Below the pieces are notes generated by a model that did no database searches, had not been told where the DNA came from, and saw nothing but the letters and a program-made list of their open reading frames with translations. Positions 29,312 to 36,835 of a stretch of DNA of 64,000 nt are shown one piece after another. Both the position numbers and the translations under genes were made by a program. The stretch's first letter is position 1, and each line of letters opens with the position of its first letter. The stretch is taken from positions 1,021-65,020 of the forward strand of contig JBBRXE010000001.1 of assembly GCA_038248695.1 (NCBI GenBank), read 5' to 3'. Source of the stretch: Candidatus Limnocylindria bacterium. Its GTDB lineage: Bacteria > Chloroflexota > Limnocylindria > QHBO01.

Positions 29312-30820
29312 ATGACCCTCACCAAGAAGCCCGAGACGCGGCCGGCGCCTGCCTCGTGGGGACTCTCGACCGGCAAGACCGTGCCATGGGAGTACGCGCC
29401 AGCGCCTGAGTCGACCGATCACGTGACGATTCGGTCGGAGTACGGGCTGTTCATCGGCAACGAGTTCGTGGCGGCGAAGCCGAAGCGCACCTTCGAGGTC
29501 ATCAATCCGGCGACCGAAGAGGTGCTCGCGCGCGTGGCGCGCGCATCGGTCTCGGACGTCGACCGAGCGGTGAGGGCGGCCCGCAGCGGCTATAACCAGA
29601 GCTGGTCAAAGCTGCCTGGCAGCGAGCGGGCGAAGTACCTGTATCGGATTGCGCGGATCATCCAGGAGCGCAGCCGCGAGTTCGCGGTCGTTGAGACGAT
29701 GAACTCGGGCAAGCCCATCAAGGAGAGCCGCGACGTCGACGTGCCGCTCGCCGCGGCCCATTTCTTCTATTACGCCGGCTGGGCGGACAAGCTCGAATAC
29801 GCCTTCCCGAACCGCACGCCGCGCCCGCTGGGCGTGGCCGCGCAGATCATCCCGTGGAACTTTCCGCTGATGATGCTCGCATGGAAGATCGCTCCCGCGC
29901 TGGCGGCCGGGAACACGGTCGTGCTCAAGCCGGCGAGCACCACCCCGTTGACCGCGTATCTGTTCGCCGACGTGGTGCGCCAGGCCGATCTGCCCCCTGG
30001 CGTCGTCAACATCATCACCGGCCCCGGCGAGATCGGCATGGAGCTCGTCAAGCACCCTGATGTCAACAAGGTCGCGTTCACCGGCTCGACTGTGGTCGGC
30101 AAGATGATCGGGCGTGCTGTCGCCGGATCCGACAAGAAGCTGACCCTCGAGCTGGGCGGCAAGGCGGCGAACATCGTTCTCGACGATGCGCCCATCGACC
30201 AGGCCATCGAGGGCATCATCAACGGCATCTACTTCAACCAGGGCGAGGTCTGCTGCGCTGGATCGCGGCTCTTCGTGCAGGAGAGCATCTTCGAGCCGTT
30301 GCTCGATAAGCTCAAGGCCCGCCTCGGCACGCTGCGGGTCGGAGATCCGCTCGACAAGAACACCGACGTCGGCGCCATCAACTCGGCCAGCCAGCTGGCC
30401 AAGATCCGCGAGCTCGTCCAGTCGGGGATCGAGGAGGGTGCCGAGATCTTCCAGCCCGACTGCCAGCTGCCGGATCGTGGCTACTTCTTCGTGCCCACGC
30501 TTTTCACTGGAGTCTCGCAGTCGCACCGCATCGCGCAGGAGGAGATCTTCGGGCCAGTACTGTCGGTGCTCACCTTCCGGACGCCCGATGAGGCGATCGA
30601 GAAAGCCAACAACACGCCGTACGGTCTGTCCGCAGGCGTCTGGACGGAGAAGGGCAGCCGCATCTTCAAGATGGTCGCGGCCATGCGTGCCGGCGTGGTC
30701 TGGGCCAACACCTTCAACCGATTCGATCCGACCTCGCCGTTCGGTGGCTACAAGGAGTCGGGCTACGGCCGCGAGGGCGGGCTCCACGGGTTGTCGGCCT
30801 ACCTGCGATTCGACGCATGA
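29312..30820 (+). CDS. NAD(P)-dependent aldehyde dehydrogenase
   Basis: ALDH motifs: …IPWNFPL…, …VLKPAST…, …FTGSTVVG…, the catalytic Cys in …FNQGEVCCAGSR…, and ELGGK. Confidence 0.9.
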   Translation: MTLTKKPETRPAPASWGLSTGKTVPWEYAPAPESTDHVTIRSEYGLFIGNEFVAAKPKRTFEVINPATEEVLARVARASVSDVDRAVRAARSGYNQSWSKLPGSERAKYLYRIARIIQERSREFAVVETMNSGKPIKESRDVDVPLAAAHFFYYAGWADKLEYAFPNRTPRPLGVAAQIIPWNFPLMMLAWKIAPALAAGNTVVLKPASTTPLTAYLFADVVRQADLPPGVVNIITGPGEIGMELVKHPDVNKVAFTGSTVVGKMIGRAVAGSDKKLTLELGGKAANIVLDDAPIDQAIEGIINGIYFNQGEVCCAGSRLFVQESIFEPLLDKLKARLGTLRVGDPLDKNTDVGAINSASQLAKIRELVQSGIEEGAEIFQPDCQLPDRGYFFVPTLFTGVSQSHRIAQEEIFGPVLSVLTFRTPDEAIEKANNTPYGLSAGVWTEKGSRIFKMVAAMRAGVVWANTFNRFDPTSPFGGYKESGYGREGGLHGLSAYLRFDA

Positions 30821-31797
30821 GCCCGCGCACCCGAACGGCCACGAAGGCGCGCTCGCGCGCATCGGTCCTGGAGGACAGGCCGATGCAGCCGCTGGCGACC
30901 GCCGGCAACGGCATCGCGGCCGACCGCATCGGGGTGCGCAAGACGTACAAGCTGTACATCGGCGGGCAGTTCCCGCGCACTGAGTCTGGGCGCAGCTACG
31001 AGGTCTTCGACGCCCGCGGCGTGCCGCTGGCCAATGCCTGTCGCGGCACGCGGAAGGACATTCGCGAGGCGGTGCGCGCCGCACGCAAGGCCTTCCCGGG
31101 GTGGGCCGCCAGGACGGCCTACAACCGCTCGCAGATCCTGTATCGCATCGCCGAGTTGATGGAGGGACGCCGCGATCAATTCATCGCCGAGGTGACTGCC
31201 GCCCAGGGTGTCGGTCGACGGCGTGCCGTCCGGGAGGTCGACGCCGCGATTGACCGATGGGTGTGGTACGCCGGCTGGGCCGACAAGTTCAGCCAGGTCG
31301 TTGGCTCGGTCAACCCGGTGAACGGGCCGTACTTCAACTTCACCGTTCCGGAACCGACCGGTGTCGTCGGGGTGATCGCCCCCGAGGTGTCGTCACTGCT
31401 CGGCCTGGTCAGCCGACTGGCGCCGGTGATCGTCAGCGGCAATGCCGCGGTGGTCGTCGCCTCGGAGTCACGGCCGCTGCCGGCAGTCACCCTCACCGAG
31501 GTATTGGCCACCTCCGATGTCCCCGGCGGCGTCGTCAACCTGGTCACTGGCCTGCGCCGCGAGATCGTCCCGACGCTGGCGGCGCACATGGACGTCAATG
31601 CGCTCGATGCCTTCGGCGTCGCTCCTTCCGAGTCGGCGGCCGTCGAGGAGAGCGGCGTCGAGAACGTGAAACGCGTCATCCGTCCGCCACGGGACGGCCT
31701 GGAGCGCTACGACTGGCTGAGCCAACGCGCGCAGTCGCCGTACCTCATCGGCGAGTACGTCGAGACGAAGACGGTCTGGCACCCGATTGGGGCGTAG
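30817..31797 (+). CDS. Aldehyde-dehydrogenase-family paralog (short, probably non-canonical)
   Basis: ATGA overlap with the ALDH. An ALDH-like N-terminal/NAD region (…YKLYIGGQF…, …IAPEVSSLLG…, …VVNLVTG…) is present, but the protein is only 326 aa and I see no clear catalytic Cys/Glu block. Confidence 0.65.
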   Translation: MSPRTRTATKARSRASVLEDRPMQPLATAGNGIAADRIGVRKTYKLYIGGQFPRTESGRSYEVFDARGVPLANACRGTRKDIREAVRAARKAFPGWAARTAYNRSQILYRIAELMEGRRDQFIAEVTAAQGVGRRRAVREVDAAIDRWVWYAGWADKFSQVVGSVNPVNGPYFNFTVPEPTGVVGVIAPEVSSLLGLVSRLAPVIVSGNAAVVVASESRPLPAVTLTEVLATSDVPGGVVNLVTGLRREIVPTLAAHMDVNALDAFGVAPSESAAVEESGVENVKRVIRPPRDGLERYDWLSQRAQSPYLIGEYVETKTVWHPIGA

Positions 31798-31816
31798 CGG
31801 GCCGCGGTTCATAGTT

Positions 31817-31910
31817 GGCCGCCATTCTCACCTGGCCGCCATGTGCACGTAGCCGGCTGCCATGCGCGCGTAGCCGGCCGCCATTCTCACCTGGATGTGC
31901 GCAGCTGCAT
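31817..31910. repeat. Intergenic tandem repeat array (A-B-B'-A architecture)
   Basis: An identical 19-mer GGCCGCCATTCTCACCTGG occurs at 31817-31835 and 31876-31894. Two related 22-mers lie between them: GCCGCCATGTGCACGTAGCCGG and GCTGCCATGCGCGCGTAGCCGG. A further related ATGTGCGCAGCTGCAT follows, and a weaker echo CACATTCACCTAGG sits at about 32008. Confidence 0.7.
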
Positions 31911-32074
31911 CGGTCTCGTGCCATTCGTATGCGGATAAATCCAGCCGCGAACGGCGAGATGCAGGGCCTTTCATTCTCGAGCGCGTGGCACCAGGACAGC
32001 CGGGGAGCGCACATTCACCTAGGAATAAGTCGTCGGTAACGAGCCGGTAAGCGGCGTCATGCCACCATCAGGCC

Positions 32075-32758
32075 GTGGCTTCACCTCGCTCTCGACCGGT
32101 CGACCTCGCCGTTGCCAGGCTGCGCCAGCAGATGCAGCGTCTCGGACAGGACGCGCGCAGCCTGCGGTTCGGCCTGGGGTGGACGCAGCAGGCGCTCGCG
32201 CAGCGCGCCGGAACGTCGCAGGCGTCGGTCGCGCGACTCGAGGCCGGGGATGACCACCTTGCCCTGGCCATTCCGATTCGTGTGTTTGCCGCCCTGGGCT
32301 ACGACCTGCCGCTGCGCACCTTTCCCGGCGACGGCGTGGCCCTGAAGGACAGCGGACAGCTGGCGCTCGCCGAGGAGATCCGCTCGCGCGCTCACCCGTC
32401 CCTCCGCGTCGCCTTCGAAGAGCCAACGGGCGAAGGTCGGCAGGCGGCTGACGTGGTGCTCCTCGGCCAGACTTCGGTCACCCACGCCGAGCTCGAATCA
32501 GGGCTTTCGGACTTTGAGGGGCAGCTGCGGCGCGGGCATCTGAAGCGAGATGCGCTCCAGCGTCGTTTCGAACGGCCTGTCTCCTTCGTTCTGGCGCTGC
32601 GTGACACGGATCGCAACAGGGCTGCGGTCGCCGCACATGCGGGCGTGATCCAGGCGGCGCTGCCCGCATCCTCCCGAGAGGTGCTCGAATCGATCGAACT
32701 GGGACGACCGCTCACCCGCGACGGCCTGCTCTGGCTCCGGTCGGCGCGTCACACCTAG
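32075..32758 (+). CDS. XRE-family (HTH_3) transcriptional regulator with uncharacterised C-terminal domain
   Basis: HTH: …LGWTQQALAQRAGTSQASVARLEAG…. The start is uncertain (several in-frame candidates). The C-terminal roughly 140 aa has no motif I recognise. Confidence 0.6.
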   Translation: MASPRSRPVDLAVARLRQQMQRLGQDARSLRFGLGWTQQALAQRAGTSQASVARLEAGDDHLALAIPIRVFAALGYDLPLRTFPGDGVALKDSGQLALAEEIRSRAHPSLRVAFEEPTGEGRQAADVVLLGQTSVTHAELESGLSDFEGQLRRGHLKRDALQRRFERPVSFVLALRDTDRNRAAVAAHAGVIQAALPASSREVLESIELGRPLTRDGLLWLRSARHT

Positions 32759-33031
32759 CCACCTGCCGACCTTCCGCGAGGCTTGAGCCAAACCAGGCAT
32801 CGAGCACACTCTGCATTCACACAAGACTCTGAGCACGGCCTTGCGTGCGTTTTCATTCACTCACGAGGCGAGGCCGGAAGCAGTCCCAGGCGTTTCCGGA
32901 CGTCATTCGCGAGAGACTCAGGTCCGACCGATGACCGGGCGGACATTCTTCAGTGAATACCGCCCGAAGACTGCCCGAAGACGGCCCGTATGCGGCTCGG
33001 ACACCCCTCAGCGCGCACTGCCGAGTGTGCG

Positions 33032-34339
33032 CTAGCCCAGCCATCCGGCGATGGTCGAAGCGAACAGCACCAGCGTCAGGGCGGTTACCAGCCCGGTCAG
33101 CCCCCAGGCGACGACGTTCAGCCACGCGGGGTTGACGTGGCTGCCCATGATCCGCGGGTTGTTCACCAGGCGCAGCATGAACACCAGGATGATCGGCAGG
33201 AGGATGCCGTTCAGGTTCTGGCTGAGGATGATCAGCCCGGTCAGCGGCATGCCCGGGATCAGCACTACCAGTGCGCCGATGACGATCAGCGCGGTATAGA
33301 GGCCCATGAATACCGGTGCCTCGCGGAATCTGCGCGACACGCCGGACTCCCAACCGAATGACTCGCAGACCGTGTAGCTCGTGGTCAGCGGCATGACCGT
33401 CGCGGCCAGGACCGATGCGCCGAACAGCCCGAAGGCGAACAGCGCCTGGGCGAAATCGCCGGCGATGGGCGCCAGCGCACGAGCGGCCTGCTCGGCGCTG
33501 GTCAACACGATGCCCGTGCCGAACAGCGTAGCCGCGGTGACGATCACGATGAACATCGCGATGACGTTGGTCCACACCGCGCCGAGGATGGCGTCCGCGC
33601 GTTCGTACGTGAGTTCCTCCGGCCCGAGCCCCTTGTCGGCGACCGATGACTGCAGGTAGAAGAACATGTAGGGCGTCACCGTGGTGCCGACCGTCGCGAC
33701 CATCAACAGCAGGATATTTGGCTCGAAGCTGATCGAGGGAGTGACCAGTGCGCGGCCGACCACGCCCCAGTCCGGGCCGACGACGAAGGCGCTGACGACG
33801 TAGGCCAGGAAGACGACCGCCACCGACAGGAAGACGCGCTCCACCAATCGGTACGAGCCGAAGACGACCAGCGCCCAGATGCCGGCAGCCACGACCGGGA
33901 CCGTTATCCAGCGCGGGAAATCGAAGATCTCAAGGGCGGCGGCCGCTCCGGCGAACTCGGCCGCGATGTTCGAGCCGTTGGCGATGAGCAGCACGACCAT
34001 GGCGAACAGTGTCCAGCGGATGCCGAAGTCGTCGCGGATCAGGTCGCCGAGCCCCTGTCCCGAGACAGCTCCCATGCGTGCGGCCATTTCGAGCACGACG
34101 ATGAGCAGGATGGTGGTGATCGGCAGGATCCAGAGCATGCTCAACCCGGTCTCGGCGCCCAGAACGCTGTAGGTGAAGATGCCGCCGGCATCGTTGCCGG
34201 CCAGCCCGGCAATGAGGCCCGGCCCGAGCACGCCCAGGAAGGCGAGCATGCCGGTCCGATGCACGCGGAAATTGGGCAGGCGCTCACGGATCGAGCGCTG
34301 CATGCTGCGCAGCGGCCGCCTGATCGCCAGTGGGCTCAC
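33032..34339 (-). CDS. mntH: NRAMP-family divalent metal (Mn2+/Fe2+) transporter
   Basis: Polytopic, with the NRAMP signature …DAGGIFTYS… (DPGN-like) and the conserved …MPLTGLIILSQNLNG… region. ATGA overlap with the upstream MgtE-N/CBS gene. Confidence 0.9.
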   Translation of the reverse strand: MSPLAIRRPLRSMQRSIRERLPNFRVHRTGMLAFLGVLGPGLIAGLAGNDAGGIFTYSVLGAETGLSMLWILPITTILLIVVLEMAARMGAVSGQGLGDLIRDDFGIRWTLFAMVVLLIANGSNIAAEFAGAAAALEIFDFPRWITVPVVAAGIWALVVFGSYRLVERVFLSVAVVFLAYVVSAFVVGPDWGVVGRALVTPSISFEPNILLLMVATVGTTVTPYMFFYLQSSVADKGLGPEELTYERADAILGAVWTNVIAMFIVIVTAATLFGTGIVLTSAEQAARALAPIAGDFAQALFAFGLFGASVLAATVMPLTTSYTVCESFGWESGVSRRFREAPVFMGLYTALIVIGALVVLIPGMPLTGLIILSQNLNGILLPIILVFMLRLVNNPRIMGSHVNPAWLNVVAWGLTGLVTALTLVLFASTIAGWLG

Positions 34340-35604
34340 CGTTCGTCCGCCGGCTCGAAGATCTCGGGCAGACGCCGCCGCCAGCCCTCGCCCAGCGCGC
34401 GCTCGAAGGCGTCGTCGACGGTGACGATTCCGAGCAGGCGACCCTCGGCATCGACCACCGGCAGTGCCAGCAGGTTATAGCGAGCGATAGCCTCACCGAC
34501 CTGCTCGGCGTCGAGATCGGTGCCGACGGAGATCGGATCAGTCCGCATGAACTGACCAACGAGGGTCTCGGGCGACGCGATGATCAACCCGCGCAGGGTC
34601 ACCGTGCCCAGCAACCGCCCGTCGGCATCGGTGACATAGAGGTAGTAGGCGCGATCCGACGGAGGAGCGAGCTCACGGAGGCGCTCGATGACCCGTTGCG
34701 CCGTCTCTTCGGGTGAGGCGGTGATGAAGTCGGTGGTCATCAGGCCGCCGGCCGTCTCCTCGCCGTACGTCAGCAGCTCGCGCACCTCCCGGGCCTCCTC
34801 CGGCTGCATGAGGCTGAGCAGCTCGGTCTGGCGCTCCGGCGAGAGGTCGGCCATCAGGTCGGCGGCCTCGTCGGGGCCCATCTCCTCGAGGATGTCGGCG
34901 GCGCGTTCCGGCGGAAGCGCCTCGAGCACGTCAACCTGATCCTCGGCGTCGAGCTCCTCCATGACATCGGCGGCGCGCTCGTCATCGAGCGCGGCCAGGA
35001 TCCCGGTGCGGTCGCGTGGCGCGAGCTGCTCGACGATGTGTGCCACGTCGGCCGGGTGCAGGGTGGAGAGCGCCTGGTGCGGGACGCGCAGCTTGAGCGA
35101 GCTGACGCTCGACTCGACCGGGTCCACATCCTCCCACTCGATGTAGTTCTCGACCTCGACGCCCAGCCGCCGAGCGACGCGCCCGCCGAGCCGCGAGAGC
35201 CCCAGCCGGCGCAGGATGCCGCCCAAACCGACATCGACGGCCATCAGCCGGAGCCGGCCGCGCACCGGCGCCAGCTGGATGTCGTTGACGCGCACGATCT
35301 TGCGGCCCTCGACGTCCACGATCTGCTTGTCCTGCAGGTCGAGCCAGATCCGGATCTCGTTGGGACGCTGCCGGAACGAGGCGATGTTGATGCTCGACGT
35401 GCGCAGACGCGCGCCGGATGCGTCGAGCTGCTCGACGTCAGACCAGGGCAGGAAGATGTCCCGCCCACTGGCGACGCGGACGACCACGCCGGTGACCGGC
35501 GGATACGTCTCGCCGAGCGCGACGATCAGATCGCGTACCCGGCCGAACGGCTCGCCATAACCGTCGAGCACCGGCCCGCCGATGATCTGGCTCAGAAAGA
35601 GCAT
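34336..35604 (-). CDS. Soluble PRC-barrel + MgtE-N + tandem CBS domain protein (MgtE cytoplasmic sensor module without pore)
   Basis: N-terminal PRC-barrel-like repeats, then an MgtE_N helical domain (…HPADVAHIVEQLAPRDRTGILAAL…LSLMQPEEAREVRELL…), then a CBS pair (…YYLYVTDADGRLLGTVTLRGL…NLLALPVVDAEGRLLGIVTVDD…). No C-terminal TM helices. Confidence 0.8.
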   Translation of the reverse strand: MLFLSQIIGGPVLDGYGEPFGRVRDLIVALGETYPPVTGVVVRVASGRDIFLPWSDVEQLDASGARLRTSSINIASFRQRPNEIRIWLDLQDKQIVDVEGRKIVRVNDIQLAPVRGRLRLMAVDVGLGGILRRLGLSRLGGRVARRLGVEVENYIEWEDVDPVESSVSSLKLRVPHQALSTLHPADVAHIVEQLAPRDRTGILAALDDERAADVMEELDAEDQVDVLEALPPERAADILEEMGPDEAADLMADLSPERQTELLSLMQPEEAREVRELLTYGEETAGGLMTTDFITASPEETAQRVIERLRELAPPSDRAYYLYVTDADGRLLGTVTLRGLIIASPETLVGQFMRTDPISVGTDLDAEQVGEAIARYNLLALPVVDAEGRLLGIVTVDDAFERALGEGWRRRLPEIFEPADER

Positions 35605-35851
35605 GGAATGACCACCTCGCTCTCGAACAGCTGCTGCGCTGTGAGCGGGTGGTCTCTTGAGGTCGCGGGGGTGGCGTCACGTCGACGCTAGGCGTTCACC
35701 CCGCGCACCTGCACCATCCGCCACGGGCGCGGTCATTGCGTGTACTGGGTCCGGCGTCCACGTTGGTCGCACGTTGCCTCGTTGCTGGTTCCATCGCTGG
35801 CGGCCACCGCCCGGCGGCCGCCGCACATTCTACCGCGCCGCGATGCCCAAC

Positions 35852-36484
35852 TCAGGCGTCGACGGGCGCATCGGCCCGGGCTCGCGCTCGATGTCGCGCG
35901 ACCTTGGCCTGGTTGCCGCAGGTGCGCATGTTGCACCAACGCCGGCGCCCGGTCGGGGAGCGGTCGACGAAGACGAAGCGGCAGCCCGGATTGTCACAGG
36001 TGCGCAGCCGCGCCGCGTCGTCGTCGGCCAGGAAGTGGGCGAGCGAGCTGGCGATGGTCGCCCGGGCCTGGTCCAGCCGATCTCCGACCTGCGCGAACGC
36101 GTAGTGGGTGCCGTTGGGATCCAGCCGCAGCTCGTGGTAGTGCAGGCCGTGACGCAGGACGTGATTGAGTTCGCGCACCTGGCGCTTGGCGGGATGCCCG
36201 CGCCTGTCCACGCTCTCGGCGATCTCGTGGATGAGCCGGCGCAGGTGACCAAAGCGCTCCAGGCGCCGTTGCGACTCTTGCATCTCTCGGCGCAGCCGCC
36301 CGCCCTCGGCGGCACGTCCACGGTCGCTGATGAGCTCGTGGGTCCGCAGCCATGCCAGTAGTGCGTCGCTGTCCGGCAGCGCGTCAACCGGCTCACCGCG
36401 CTCGTATTCGAGCGTGTTGGCGAACTGCACGAATAGCTCGCCCGAGTGATCGGGCTCGGGCGTCGTGTCGTGGTTCAGGCTCAT
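35852..36484 (-). CDS. CGNR zinc-finger / ABATE-domain putative stress-responsive regulator
   Basis: The C-terminus …CDNPGCRFVFVDRSPTGRRRWCNMRTCGNQAKVARHR… is the CGNR zinc-finger signature. Confidence 0.8.
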   Translation of the reverse strand: MSLNHDTTPEPDHSGELFVQFANTLEYERGEPVDALPDSDALLAWLRTHELISDRGRAAEGGRLRREMQESQRRLERFGHLRRLIHEIAESVDRRGHPAKRQVRELNHVLRHGLHYHELRLDPNGTHYAFAQVGDRLDQARATIASSLAHFLADDDAARLRTCDNPGCRFVFVDRSPTGRRRWCNMRTCGNQAKVARHRARARADAPVDA

Positions 36485-36506
36485 GATAGTAACCAGTATA
36501 CGCCTC

Positions 36507-36536
36507 TTGACAAGTTACTCGTCCAACTCGTACACT
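36507..36536 (+). promoter_or_regulatory. Sigma-70-like promoter (TTGACA-18 nt-TACACT) with flanking GTAACC / AGTTACT repeats
   Basis: TTGACA at 36507-36512 and TACACT at 36531-36536, in a locally lower-GC divergent region. GTAACC occurs at 36489-36494 and 36543-36548; GTTACT at 36514-36519 and 36568-36573. Confidence 0.5.
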
Positions 36537-36581
36537 GTTGATGTAACCGGTCACACGGATCGAAGAAGTTACTTCCGCAAA

Positions 36582-36710
36582 ATGGAGAGGCCCCTTCTCA
36601 TGGCAGTGTTCGTGTTCCTGGCGATCGTCCTGGCGATCACCCTGGCTGGTGCCATCGTCGGTGTCGATAGCCGTCCAAGCATCTGCGAGACCGCGCGCCG
36701 CAACATTTGA
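36582..36710 (+). CDS. Small (42 aa) single-TM hydrophobic peptide, hypothetical
   Basis: MERPLLMAVFVFLAIVLAITLAGAIVGVDSRPSICETARRNI. It has its own promoter upstream and a hairpin terminator downstream. There is no strong SD, so coding status is uncertain. Confidence 0.35.
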   Translation: MERPLLMAVFVFLAIVLAITLAGAIVGVDSRPSICETARRNI

Positions 36711-36744
36711 GAAATTGATGGGACCGATTCACACGGACTGATAC

Positions 36745-36768
36745 GGCCCGCTCCGCCCGGAGTGGGCC
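36745..36768 (+). terminator. Hairpin (10-bp stem with G·U, 4-nt loop) followed by T-rich stretch
   Basis: GGCCCGCTCC-gccc-GGAGTGGGCC, then GTTCGCCTTCT. It lies between the small ORF and polX. Confidence 0.45.
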
Positions 36769-36835
36769 GTTCGCCTTCTAGAATGGCTTGATGCCTCGAC
36801 CACGTTCCGCGCCACGCAGCAGCGACGATGGAGCG

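Noticed and set aside
29606-31084. 492-aa minus-strand ORF opposite the ALDH genes
   Set aside because: Shadow ORF. The plus-strand ALDH carries the catalytic Cys and NAD motifs.
35605-35851. Possible M-box (Mg2+) or Mn2+ riboswitch in the 5' leader of the MgtE-N/NRAMP operon
   Set aside because: I read the leader in mRNA orientation and found none of the conserved M-box or yybP-ykoY blocks. I can see only a weak TAGAAT -10-like element. A riboswitch is not supported.
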